Positions 12,239 through 21,720 of a DNA stretch of 64,000 nucleotides are shown here, piece after piece. This DNA comes from Planctomycetota bacterium. Its GTDB lineage: Bacteria > Planctomycetota > MHYJ01 > WSZJ01. The notes beneath the pieces were generated by a model. The model searched no databases, had not been told where the DNA came from, and was given only the letters and a program-made list of their open reading frames with translations. The stretch lies in contig JBBTCT010000007.1 in assembly GCA_038060895.1 (NCBI GenBank), positions 164,023-228,022 on the forward strand, given 5' to 3'. Positions within the stretch are counted from its first letter, which is position 1, and every line of letters starts with the position of its first letter. The translations under genes were made by a program, and so were the position numbers.

Positions 12239-14907
12239 GTGAGGAACTCGCCTCCCTCCGAACCCGGCGGCGGGGGTGGCGGTATGACAAAGTCGTCGCC
12301 TTTCCCCTCTCCCTTTCCCTTTCCCTCTTCGTCTTCTTCCCCCGCCGGCGGCAGAATCGGCAGCTCCCCCGTCAATTCATCCAGCGGATCCCGCACCGGC
12401 GGCGTCGCCGCAGGCACGTCGTCCCACGAGTCGAGCGCCGAAGCGACTTCGTCCACCGCACTTTTGCGCTCCAGCGGAGGAAGCACCAGCGGCTCTTCGG
12501 CAAGTTCCGCCGGGATTTCCGCAGTGGGGGCCGGAAGAGCCATCAGGTCATCCAGAGGATCGCGCGCGGGTGCTTCAGGAGGCGGCGCCGACAGTTCATC
12601 CAGCGGATCGCTGGGCGGAGCCTCCTGCGCCAGTCCCTCCGCCGTGAATTCCTGCGCCACGGGTCCCTCGGACTCGGCGCGATACGCCGGCGGCGCTTCG
12701 TCCCCCTCCGGCGGCGGCGGCGAAAACCCTTCGATCCCCGCCCCTTCCCCGCCCGCCGCGAACGGGTCGGGCTCCGGCGGGACCACCGGGAAATCAGGGA
12801 CCGGCCCTTCCGCCACTGGCGCGGCCTCCGAGATAGGGGCCGCGTATGTGAAATACGGCGCGGCCAGCGACAGCTCCAGCGGAGGGTTCGGGCGGAATTC
12901 GACCTTGAAGCCCATCGCGCGCAGCTTCTCGATGTACGCATTCGGCGGCGCTTCCGGATTTCCATAGCGGGCCTGTTCCCGGAGAGCCGCGAGCGCAGCG
13001 TAGCTCTTCGCCATCCGCCATCGCAGCTTCCATCGCGACTTGCGTCCCGCCGGCGGCTCAATGGTGACGATTCCCTCGCTCGAATAGACCTGGCAGGGGC
13101 CGAACTCCAGGGAATCGAGGAAGTCGTCGGGCAGGGGGAGGAAGCGCCGCCACCCGCCCTCGGCGCCCATCTGGATCGGCTCGCCTGGAACTTTCGTCGG
13201 CGATTCTTCCGCAAGTCCCCACGCGTGGGCGCGGATCGTCCCCTCGTAGCGCCGCCCGCGGACGTGCGAAATCGCCTGCCGTTTGTCGGGCGCGGGATTC
13301 AGCGTCTCGTGAATCCAGCGCCACAGCCGCCAGCGCTTCTGGTGCCCCACCGTCACGCGCCAGCCCTTCCCGCGCCGAAGGGCATACAACCCGTAGTGTT
13401 TTCGCGAAAGCCAGGCGAGGAAGCGCCCGAGGACTTCGTCGGTAACCGCGGGATCGTCGCCGGCGAGGTCGACCTGGTCTTCGCGGTTGCTTTCGTTCAG
13501 CAGGGGGACGACCTGGTCGCGGAACGCGGCGAATCCTGGAAGAGCGGCGACGCGGACGCGCTCGAGGAGGTCCTCGAGCTGGCCGCGAACGGGGAGCGAC
13601 CACCCCTTGGCGACGGCCTTCTCGAGCAGTTCGAGCGCGAACTGTTCGGCGACTTTCGAGTCGAGCTGGCCGAACCCGACGAGCTGCTCGAGGACGATGC
13701 CGGCGTGCTTCATGGCGACGGCCAGCGGCAGACCCTCCGTTTCCCGCTCGAAGAACAGGCGCCATTCCTGAAGCGCAATGTCGGCGCCGCGAGGAAGCAT
13801 GGCCCACCGGGCGAGCACGAGGTTGACGGCGGCGCGGACCTCGGGGACCGGATCCCATTCCTCGCGCATCAGGACATGTTCGCGGAGGACGGGCCACGCG
13901 TTTTCCGGGTCGCGGTTGCCGAGCGCAAGGATGGCACCCTGCCGGACGTGCGGGCTCGGGTCCGGTCCCATCATGGCGGACTGGATGAGCTCCATCGAGC
14001 CGGCTTCGTCGAGAACTTCGTGGGCCTTTTCGACGAGGAAGCGGCGGACGAAGATGTCGTCCTTGATCTTCGGGTCGGGCGAGCGGAGGCGCTGGCGTGC
14101 GAGTCGAATGGCGTCCTGCGGGCTCGCGAGCAGCCAGGCGTAAAGCGCGCCGCACTGCACCCAGACGTCCGCCCACGGATTCTGCGCCCGGACCGCGAGC
14201 GCATGCAGGATCGCGGGGTCGATCACGACTCCCTTCTTCGGATTCTTGTGAGCCTTCAGGATCGCCACGACCGCGTCGATCCACTCGCGCTCGAGATGAA
14301 TAGGAAGCCGCTGCGCGATCTCGCGCTGGAAAATGTCCGTGAATCCCGTCCGCTCCATGACGTCGGCCGCCGTCCGGCCCCGGTCCGGGCCGCACCGCGC
14401 CAGCGCGCGCGCCGACAGGAAGACGAGCGTCTGCTGGAAGCGCCTCGCCCCGCGCTGCGCCCTCCGCGCGATCTCCAGGATCGCTTCCCAGTCCATGAAA
14501 CGCTTGAACGCCGCCTGGTCGCCCCGGATCTGCGCGGGGGTGCGCCGAAGAAAGCGACAGGTGTCGAGATAGATCGCTTCCCGATCGATGTGGGACGACG
14601 CGAAGCGGAGCGCGGCTTCCTGGATGCCGAGATGAGACTCGATCTCCTGCACCCGGTTTTCTGCGAGGTCGATGCATTTGACGGATCCCGCCACCAGCGC
14701 GAGATACGGGTCGCGCTTCTGGAACGCTTCGAGCCTCGGAACGATATTGCGCACGGCTTTTGTCGCGCGGGCCAGGTGTTTCGTCATGAGCTTGCGCATG
14801 ATCGGCGGCACGGGGCGCAGGACTTCCTCGAGGACGGCGTCGAGCGCCGGGCCGCTGATGGTCCGGGTATCGGGCCCTTTCGGGACGACCTTGGTTACGG
14901 TCGCCAT
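12235..14907 (-). CDS. HEAT-repeat protein with an acidic Pro-rich tail, translationally coupled to pgsB
   Basis: Start MATVTK at 14907; HEAT-like DPSPHVRQGAILALG and DPVPEVRAAVNLVLA; about 200-aa P/E/D-rich C-terminus; ATGA overlap with pgsB. Confidence 0.8.
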   Translation of the reverse strand: MATVTKVVPKGPDTRTISGPALDAVLEEVLRPVPPIMRKLMTKHLARATKAVRNIVPRLEAFQKRDPYLALVAGSVKCIDLAENRVQEIESHLGIQEAALRFASSHIDREAIYLDTCRFLRRTPAQIRGDQAAFKRFMDWEAILEIARRAQRGARRFQQTLVFLSARALARCGPDRGRTAADVMERTGFTDIFQREIAQRLPIHLEREWIDAVVAILKAHKNPKKGVVIDPAILHALAVRAQNPWADVWVQCGALYAWLLASPQDAIRLARQRLRSPDPKIKDDIFVRRFLVEKAHEVLDEAGSMELIQSAMMGPDPSPHVRQGAILALGNRDPENAWPVLREHVLMREEWDPVPEVRAAVNLVLARWAMLPRGADIALQEWRLFFERETEGLPLAVAMKHAGIVLEQLVGFGQLDSKVAEQFALELLEKAVAKGWSLPVRGQLEDLLERVRVAALPGFAAFRDQVVPLLNESNREDQVDLAGDDPAVTDEVLGRFLAWLSRKHYGLYALRRGKGWRVTVGHQKRWRLWRWIHETLNPAPDKRQAISHVRGRRYEGTIRAHAWGLAEESPTKVPGEPIQMGAEGGWRRFLPLPDDFLDSLEFGPCQVYSSEGIVTIEPPAGRKSRWKLRWRMAKSYAALAALREQARYGNPEAPPNAYIEKLRAMGFKVEFRPNPPLELSLAAPYFTYAAPISEAAPVAEGPVPDFPVVPPEPDPFAAGGEGAGIEGFSPPPPEGDEAPPAYRAESEGPVAQEFTAEGLAQEAPPSDPLDELSAPPPEAPARDPLDDLMALPAPTAEIPAELAEEPLVLPPLERKSAVDEVASALDSWDDVPAATPPVRDPLDELTGELPILPPAGEEDEEGKGKGEGKGDDFVIPPPPPPGSEGGEFLT

Positions 14908-17900
14908 GGGGACCGCGCCTGCTGGTAGTCGCCGAAGCGGACCGACTCGGGATCGACGTGGTCGAGGCGGTCTCCGGAGCGGCCGCCGAAGCGGAAGATC
15001 AGGGTGAAGTGGGCCTCGCGCCCGTGGGTATCGGGAGACCAGCGGAATCCGGCTTGCGCGGACATCCATGTGCCGGGGCCGAGCCAGCGTTCGTAAGCGG
15101 TGGTGATTCCGATGCCCCTCTCGGAAGCGCGACGCGAGCGGAAGGCGTCGTCGATGCGGATGACGCGATCGAGCTCGAGCTCGACGAAAAAGTTCTCGTA
15201 ATGCGCGCCGGCCGTCACGCCGTAGGTGTAGCGGTCGGGCTCCCACGGCTTGAGAGTCGGCTCGGACCTTGTCGCAGCCTGCATGTCCACGTACACATTT
15301 TGCCACGGGATGGCGCGCAGACGGCCCTCGAACTGGAGCCAGCGATCGTGGTCCGTGCGGTAGCTCGTGTAGACCAGCGGGTGCTCGGGACGGCGGACGA
15401 TGCCGCTGTCCTTGAGCGAGGACCACCAGTAGTTGAAGTGGCCCGCGGCGAAGAAGATCCACTGTTCGTGAAGCTGAAGCCGCCATCGCAGGCGGATGTC
15501 GGATTCCCAGGAGTAGCCGTAGTAGCCGCCGAGATTTTGCCCCGCATAGTCGAGGTCGATCCGGTAATCGAGGTCGGGGACGTCGAGAAAGTAATGGTGA
15601 AAGCGGATCTGCGCGCCGTGAACAGGTGAGAACCCGCTCTCCTTGAGAGCGTACGCCGTCAGCCGCGTGTAGATCGGCGTCTCGAACGCCTTCCAGTGAA
15701 CGCGTACCCCGCTGCGGATCTCGTTGCGCTCGGAGTCCTCGTTGTACGCCAGGCTTCCCGCATTCCGCAGGAATCCCTCCACGTAGGTCTCCACCATCCC
15801 CGGATACTCCACCAGCCGCCACGACTCCCGCCTCCCGGGCGCCGGGGCAGGAAGCACGTCCGGCGCGGGGGGCGCTTCCGCCTCCCCGGCGATTTCTCCC
15901 TGAGGCGGCTGAAGCGGGACCATCCGGGCGAGCGCCGCACCGTCCACCGACCGGACCGAGAGCCGCACGAATGCTTCGCGCTCGAGTTCAAAGTCCGCGA
16001 ACGCCGCGCCGGCCCGGGGGACGCCCTGCAGAAGCGTCCGCTGGATCGTGGCGGGTTCGGCCGTCCATTGCCCCGGGTCGTCGGTCGCGGCGAGGTCCGT
16101 CGCATCCCAGGTTTCCATGCGCGCCAGCGTCGGCCCGCGCACTTCGAACGACCTCTTCCCCGCCGGCGCCCGATACAGCAGCCCGTTGCGTTCGGGCCGC
16201 ACCGGCTTCAGGCCGTCCGGCGTCTCGACGAGCAGCCGGGCGCGCGCGCGCACGCGGGCGAGCGGCCGGTCCGCGGCGACGCGGATCGAGACGAGCGATT
16301 CCTTCGTGGAGCCGGCCGGAAGCGTCAGCCTCTTCCCGGATTCGAGCGGCCCGGCGGAAACGACGGCGCCGTCCCGCTCGAGCTGGTAGGCGATGGCAGC
16401 GCCGGCGACGTCGCAGGCGGCGACGAGCTCGACGTGAAGCGACGCTTCGGCATCGGACCGGTGATGCCACTCGACGAAGTCCTCGTTGTCGAAGAGGACG
16501 GTGGCGGTTTCCCCGGGGAAGGGGAAAAAGAGGGCGTTGGAGACGGCGATGGCGGGGTCGTCGGGGAGGTCCTGGGAGATGCGGACTCGGCGGAATTCCG
16601 GGAGGTCGGCGGACAGGTCCACGCCGGTCCAGCGGGTGAGGATGCGCGCGAGGTCGTGGTTCGACTGCCAGTGAGGATTGCCGAGGCCGTCGGCGTGGGA
16701 CTTGAGGTAGAGGTCGAGCGCGCGTACGACCCACTCGGGTTCGGAACCGGGAACGCGGGTCAGGACGGCAAAGAGCAGGTCGTCGCCGAGGGCGGTGAGG
16801 GCCTCGGTGTATTCGGCGCGGCCGAAGCGCGGCGACGCGCCCGCCTTGCGGGCGGCGTCGAGCCGGCGCTTGAGATCGGCGACGAGGGGCGACTTCGGAT
16901 CCGGCGCGAACGCCGGAAAGTCGAGCGGCGGAGGGAATGGAACGCCGGCGGGGCGGGCGCCGGCGCGAGCATCCCAGGCCATCCAGACGGGGCCGGCCAG
17001 GCGGCGGACGGAGAGAAATCCGGCGCCGCTGACCAGCCGGATCTTCACGCGCGACTGCCCGGCCGGCGCGATCACGCGCCACGCGTCCACCTTGCCGGGC
17101 GCGGCCCACGGAAGGCGTTCGCACGTGACATTCGCCGCGGGCAGGCTCGCCAGCACGTCGTGCGTCGGAATCCCGGGAAGCCCCTCGACCACGATCCGCG
17201 CCGGCGGCGCGTCGCGGCGCGCGATCCCGCCCTCCACCGCGTGCGCCGAACGCCAGTTGAACTCGTACACCTCGGGGCCGGGAAGCGCGAGCGACAGTTC
17301 GGCCCCCTCGGTCATCCACGTCGCCTCCCACGCGCCGTACCGGCCGGAAATGCGCACGACAGGCGGCGTCGCCAGCACTTCGTCACTGCGCAGGTCCCGC
17401 GCGCGCTCGAGCGGCGCCAGCACGCCGCGCGGCGGCGGCCAGTCCGCCGTGCCGGCATACGGAATCACGAGCCGTGCTTCCAGCGCCCAATCGGCGAAGC
17501 GCGCCCCGCGGCCGAACAGGTAGCGGGAGGCGGAAAGAATGGCTTCGCTCTCGCAGCGCTCTGCAATCCTGGCGAGCGCGGGGCCGACTTCGGTGGCGGG
17601 ATCGAGCCTGCGAAGCCGCAGGAGATCGGTCATGACGGCCATGAGCGGGTCCGCGGGCTCGCCCGCCGGCGCCGGCTCGTCGATCGCCACCGCGACGAGC
17701 CGCTCGAGATCGGTCGAGGCGTCCTCCGGCTCGAGCCGCGCCTGCCGGAACCACGCGCGCGCGGCCGCGAGGTCGTCCGTACCCAGCGACGCGACCGAAG
17801 CGAGAAGGAAGAGTTCCCGCGACCGGCCGCCGGCGCGGATGATGGTCTCGACGCGCGCGCGCAGCTCCAGATCGTCGCCCGCGCGGAACGCGACGACCGC

Positions 17901-20795
17901 GAGCGCGAGCGAAACGCGGTCGCGGTCGAGCGAGTTTTCCGGGAAGAGCGCTTCGGCTTCCTCGAGGTCGAGCACCGACTGCGACCGGCCGAGCCGGAAC
18001 ATGAGGCGGGCGCGGGCTTCCAGCGCGGCGGCCCGCGCTCCCGCGTCCGGCGCTTCCGCAATCGCGATCGTGGCCACCGCGGTCTCCTGGGCTTCCTTGA
18101 CGTCCCCCGTGACCCCTTCAGGAGGATCCCACAATCCCGAAGGCGGCGCGCGCCGGTCCGAGCCTTCGGCGCGCCGGATCAGCAGCTCCGCGGGCGTCGA
18201 GCCGATGGCGAGTTCCGAGACCGTCGCATACGCCTCCCATGCGCGGTGCGCCTCGATCCGCACGAGCGCTGGCCCCGACGAAACGAGCACGATTCCGGTC
18301 ACCGCCGGCCCCGGCGAGTACGACTCAACCGGCGGCCCCGCCGCCGAATCCCGATCGCCCGTCTCGCCTTCCGCCTTCGAAATCCAGAGCAGCCGCCGCC
18401 CGGGAAGCTCCTCGGGCCCGACGTACACCGTAAACGGCGCATCCACGTCCGCGGTCGCGCGGTCGCCGCGCGAAGCGACGCCGAAGCGGTACCGGATGAT
18501 CCCGGCGCGCTGAAAGTTTTCGCCGCGAAAGGTCACGGCCGGCGTGCTTCCGGGGGGGGCCATGAGCGGAAACAGGTCACTCACGACGCCCCATCGCTCG
18601 GTCACGTCACCAGTCCGTTTGACCGCATCGGGCACGTCCTCGAAGCGCGCGTCCATCCGGCGTTCCCGCGAGGCCGCGCCGAACACGACGTTGTTGCCGC
18701 GCCACAGAAACACGCGCCAGGGATGTTCCACGGGCCGCGCAGCCAGCGCTTCGCCGGGGATCGCGTCGGCGAGCGCGAGCAGACCGAGGTTGTGGGCGTC
18801 GCGGAAACGGATTCTGCCGAAGCCTCGCGCGGGATCGGCGGCCCGTCCGACCTCCAGAGTGACGGGCGACAGCCAGTCTGCGGCGGGCAGGATCTGGAGA
18901 AACCCTTCGCCGGTCGCGACCGCCTGGAAGTCCTCGGCGCGCGCCACGTACCAGGGCCCGGATCCCGACGCCGACCGCGCGTTGAGCCAGGCCGACAAGG
19001 CGTCGCCTCGAAGCGCTCTCTCTCCGTACTGTGCGACGAGCGGCAGGATCCACCGCCGCCCGCCGACGGTCGCGCCGATCGTGCCGAGCTCGGCCCATGT
19101 GCCGAAGACCTCCCGGATCGACCGCGCTTCGACGTCGCGCAGAAACCTCCGCAGCACGCGCGGCTCCGCGGACGTCGGCCACGCGCGCATCCGCTCCAGC
19201 GGCCGCCGCCCGATGCACCACGCCGCGAGCGCATCGACGAAATCCTCCGGCTCTGCCGGCGGGTCGTCGAAGATCCACTGCGCCACGATCGCCGCCATGC
19301 CGTCTCGCCGCGTGTCGAGCGCGTACCTGAGAAGCGTGAGCCGCGCTTCGGCAACGAGGTCGCCGTGCAGCTCCGTCAGCAGGCGCACGAGACGCGGCGC
19401 CGCATCGTCGGCCGCGGAAGCGTCGCCGGTGAGGAGCGCAATGTGCAACTGCCGCCACAGAAACCACCCGTGCCATTCTTCGACCTCTTCGCACCCGCGC
19501 AACGCGGAGAGCGCTTCACTCCACTCCCCCCGCAGTTCGTGCGCGACGGCGGCCGCAGCCGCGGCGCGAGCACCGGTCCCCGCATCTGATTGGGGAAGCG
19601 ATTTGAACGGCGACCGGTGCTCCGCCTGGTCGATCGACTTCAGCTCCTGGATCATCGTGTACACCGGCCGAAGCGACCGCATGCGCACTTTCCACGTCCC
19701 GGGCGGCACGTTCACGCGCAGCTCGCGCGGCGACGAGACGAGCCAGCGCTCCGGCGGCTTCCCGCTCGCCAGAAAGTCCTCCCCGTCCCAGATGCGCGAC
19801 GTCTGCTCGACGTCCGCCCCAGGCCAGCCGCGCAGCCGCCACGTCGCTTCCCCGACCGACACCGTGACATCCAGGCTCCCGAGATCCTCCGCCGCCTTGA
19901 CGGCGACCGTGGACCGCGCGATCACGCGCAGCACGCACGGACCGTCCACCTCGCCATCTCGCAATTCCCCGCGCAGCCAGGGGCGGCCGAGCGAATCCTT
20001 GAAGCGAGGCTGCTCTCCCTCGTCCCACTCCGAAGTCAGCGCATGCCCAGAGATCGGCGCTCGCGACTGAAGATCAGAAGCGCACCAGCCGACGCTTCGC
20101 AGTTGCCGTTCCCGTGAGGAATCCTCCGCCGGCTCCCAGGGCAGCAGCATCCGCTGCGCGCGCAGAAAGCGTCCGACGTCGCGGCCGGGAAGCGTCGCGG
20201 GGTCCACCGGCGCGGGCCACGTGTCCCCCGCCTCGTCGGCCTGCCGGACCGCCCGCTCGAGACGTTCCCACGACTCGTCCTGCGTCACGCGCTCGTACCC
20301 GTCCAGCGAGAACCGGTAGATCGCGACGCTTTTCGCGACGCACCGCACCCCGATCCAGTCCGCATCCTGCCCCGGCGCCAGCTCGGCGCGCGCTTCGCCC
20401 GCGCGTTCGCGCCACGGCAGCCGTTCCGCGAGCAGCGAAGCGCGCGGAGGCGGCATGCCGACATGATCCGGCCGCGGCCCCACGTCGAGCGACCCGCGCG
20501 TGACGGCATACATCTCAAGCGCCGATCCCGGTGGCTGCTGGTTTTCCGCAGGCACGACCCGGAAACTCTCGAACAGCCGCGCTTCCGCAAACCACCACTC
20601 CCCCGGCGTCAGCTCGACGATCCCGTCGTCGGCGTCTCTTCCGCGAAGTGGTTCCGTCCGTGCGTCCGGCGCCGGGCGCCACACCCACCCATCCACCAGC
20701 CGCTGCCAGCGCTCCGAATGCCCATCCGGCGCCGGAGGCGGATCGGCGGCGGCCAACGCGGCAAGCGCCGCAAGCGCCGTGACGGTCTTCCACAT
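14895..20795 (-). CDS. Giant secreted protein (1966 aa): signal peptide, helical/TPR-like and beta-rich regions, probable C-terminal outer-membrane beta-barrel
   Basis: MWKTVTALAALAALAAA|DPP; TPR-like AAALEARARLMFRLG; the last ~290 aa alternate aromatic/hydrophobic strands (RSGVRVHW, YRIDLDY, RLRWRLQL, YTYGVTAGAHY, FTLIFRF). Confidence 0.8.
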   Translation of the reverse strand: MWKTVTALAALAALAAADPPPAPDGHSERWQRLVDGWVWRPAPDARTEPLRGRDADDGIVELTPGEWWFAEARLFESFRVVPAENQQPPGSALEMYAVTRGSLDVGPRPDHVGMPPPRASLLAERLPWRERAGEARAELAPGQDADWIGVRCVAKSVAIYRFSLDGYERVTQDESWERLERAVRQADEAGDTWPAPVDPATLPGRDVGRFLRAQRMLLPWEPAEDSSRERQLRSVGWCASDLQSRAPISGHALTSEWDEGEQPRFKDSLGRPWLRGELRDGEVDGPCVLRVIARSTVAVKAAEDLGSLDVTVSVGEATWRLRGWPGADVEQTSRIWDGEDFLASGKPPERWLVSSPRELRVNVPPGTWKVRMRSLRPVYTMIQELKSIDQAEHRSPFKSLPQSDAGTGARAAAAAAVAHELRGEWSEALSALRGCEEVEEWHGWFLWRQLHIALLTGDASAADDAAPRLVRLLTELHGDLVAEARLTLLRYALDTRRDGMAAIVAQWIFDDPPAEPEDFVDALAAWCIGRRPLERMRAWPTSAEPRVLRRFLRDVEARSIREVFGTWAELGTIGATVGGRRWILPLVAQYGERALRGDALSAWLNARSASGSGPWYVARAEDFQAVATGEGFLQILPAADWLSPVTLEVGRAADPARGFGRIRFRDAHNLGLLALADAIPGEALAARPVEHPWRVFLWRGNNVVFGAASRERRMDARFEDVPDAVKRTGDVTERWGVVSDLFPLMAPPGSTPAVTFRGENFQRAGIIRYRFGVASRGDRATADVDAPFTVYVGPEELPGRRLLWISKAEGETGDRDSAAGPPVESYSPGPAVTGIVLVSSGPALVRIEAHRAWEAYATVSELAIGSTPAELLIRRAEGSDRRAPPSGLWDPPEGVTGDVKEAQETAVATIAIAEAPDAGARAAALEARARLMFRLGRSQSVLDLEEAEALFPENSLDRDRVSLALAVVAFRAGDDLELRARVETIIRAGGRSRELFLLASVASLGTDDLAAARAWFRQARLEPEDASTDLERLVAVAIDEPAPAGEPADPLMAVMTDLLRLRRLDPATEVGPALARIAERCESEAILSASRYLFGRGARFADWALEARLVIPYAGTADWPPPRGVLAPLERARDLRSDEVLATPPVVRISGRYGAWEATWMTEGAELSLALPGPEVYEFNWRSAHAVEGGIARRDAPPARIVVEGLPGIPTHDVLASLPAANVTCERLPWAAPGKVDAWRVIAPAGQSRVKIRLVSGAGFLSVRRLAGPVWMAWDARAGARPAGVPFPPPLDFPAFAPDPKSPLVADLKRRLDAARKAGASPRFGRAEYTEALTALGDDLLFAVLTRVPGSEPEWVVRALDLYLKSHADGLGNPHWQSNHDLARILTRWTGVDLSADLPEFRRVRISQDLPDDPAIAVSNALFFPFPGETATVLFDNEDFVEWHHRSDAEASLHVELVAACDVAGAAIAYQLERDGAVVSAGPLESGKRLTLPAGSTKESLVSIRVAADRPLARVRARARLLVETPDGLKPVRPERNGLLYRAPAGKRSFEVRGPTLARMETWDATDLAATDDPGQWTAEPATIQRTLLQGVPRAGAAFADFELEREAFVRLSVRSVDGAALARMVPLQPPQGEIAGEAEAPPAPDVLPAPAPGRRESWRLVEYPGMVETYVEGFLRNAGSLAYNEDSERNEIRSGVRVHWKAFETPIYTRLTAYALKESGFSPVHGAQIRFHHYFLDVPDLDYRIDLDYAGQNLGGYYGYSWESDIRLRWRLQLHEQWIFFAAGHFNYWWSSLKDSGIVRRPEHPLVYTSYRTDHDRWLQFEGRLRAIPWQNVYVDMQAATRSEPTLKPWEPDRYTYGVTAGAHYENFFVELELDRVIRIDDAFRSRRASERGIGITTAYERWLGPGTWMSAQAGFRWSPDTHGREAHFTLIFRFGGRSGDRLDHVDPESVRFGDYQQARSPWRP

Positions 20796-20864
20796 TCCGC
20801 GTGAGACAGGACCGCGCTTTCGCGGAGCCCCCGCGCGGTTTTCTACTCCGGTTGCGATGACGAG

Positions 20865-20873
20865 ATTCTAGCA
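20865..20873 (-). promoter_or_regulatory. Candidate extended -10 promoter for the 20795..10067 half of the locus
   Basis: Minus strand TGCTAGAAT about 70 nt upstream of the ATG; no good -35. Confidence 0.3.
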
Positions 20874-20998
20874 GCAGGTTCATCAAGCGGGAGGCGCGTA
20901 TCCGCGAGCAACGACTCTCTTGAGGCGGGGCACGTCCTGGGCCCTGACCAAGCACTCTCCCCCCGCTTTTTCCAGACCGCGGCTGGGTGAAGAATTTG

Positions 20999-21493
20999 TC
21001 ATTTGGGTAGACGTTCGTATTGTCCCCTTCGTGACTGCGGTAGATCGCTATAGTGAAGGTCTCTTCCGAAACCCTTTCCTCCTAGCTGCCCATCCGATCC
21101 AGTAGAGAACAAGTCGAATGTTTCCGAACGCTCGTCAAGCCGATAGGAATAGGCCCGGTTCCAGCCATCGACTGGAATATTCAAAATGTAGCCCCCTTCC
21201 AGCCAGTTGGATGCGTCAGCAGGCGCTGTGTTGAGTTCATTGAGTTCGCGCGGAAACCGACCGCAATCAGCTTTGAATTCTAGTATTGCGTCGCCAAGTA
21301 CTGCCAGGCGAAGAAGCGTGGATTCGGCTCGAACTGCCTCCCTAGTGCTTCGATTCCAAGAGACCAGAAGGAAACCCGAGAGAGAGAGCAAGAGAGCCGT
21401 ACCCGCCGCCAGCAGCAGCATTGAAATGCGTTGAAGCTTCACGCGGATCCTTTCAATTGCCTTGCGCTTGGAAAATCTGCACTCGCGCTTCAA
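20999..21493 (-). CDS. GspG-like (type II secretion major pseudopilin C-terminal domain) protein, orphan; start uncertain
   Basis: TM helix, then FKADCGRFPRELNEL...NWLEGGYILNIPVDGWNRAYSY...FDLFSTGSDGQLGG; no G|FTLIE prepilin site; visibly lower GC. Confidence 0.7.
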   Translation of the reverse strand: MKRECRFSKRKAIERIRVKLQRISMLLLAAGTALLLSLSGFLLVSWNRSTREAVRAESTLLRLAVLGDAILEFKADCGRFPRELNELNTAPADASNWLEGGYILNIPVDGWNRAYSYRLDERSETFDLFSTGSDGQLGGKGFGRDLHYSDLPQSRRGQYERLPK

Positions 21494-21720
21494 CGCCCGC
21501 TCATTCCTGGCGCTTCAAAGGGTCTCGAATGAAGCAGGACCCAACTTGACCGAAATCACGTGTTCGCCTTGGACAAGTTCAACTCTGACGGAAAAGATTA
21601 GAAGGCTTCGCCGCGCGCCGACGGCGCTTTGTTCACGACCATCGTCGTTTTGTCTTCGTCAAGGCCTCGAAGTTCATTTTACCCGCGGAACGTCGTGCTT
21701 GCCCAACTCTTCACCAGTGA

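Noticed and set aside
14908-15822. N-terminal extension of the 1195-aa ORF
   Set aside because: It overlaps the barrel region of the upstream gene in another frame; the start at 14907 fits better.
15696-19589. 1297-aa plus-strand ORF
   Set aside because: Arg/Gly-rich antisense shadow of the 1966-aa gene, which has a signal peptide and operon context.
20999-21493. Type II secretion operon
   Set aside because: Only a lone GspG-like domain; no ATPase, secretin or platform genes.
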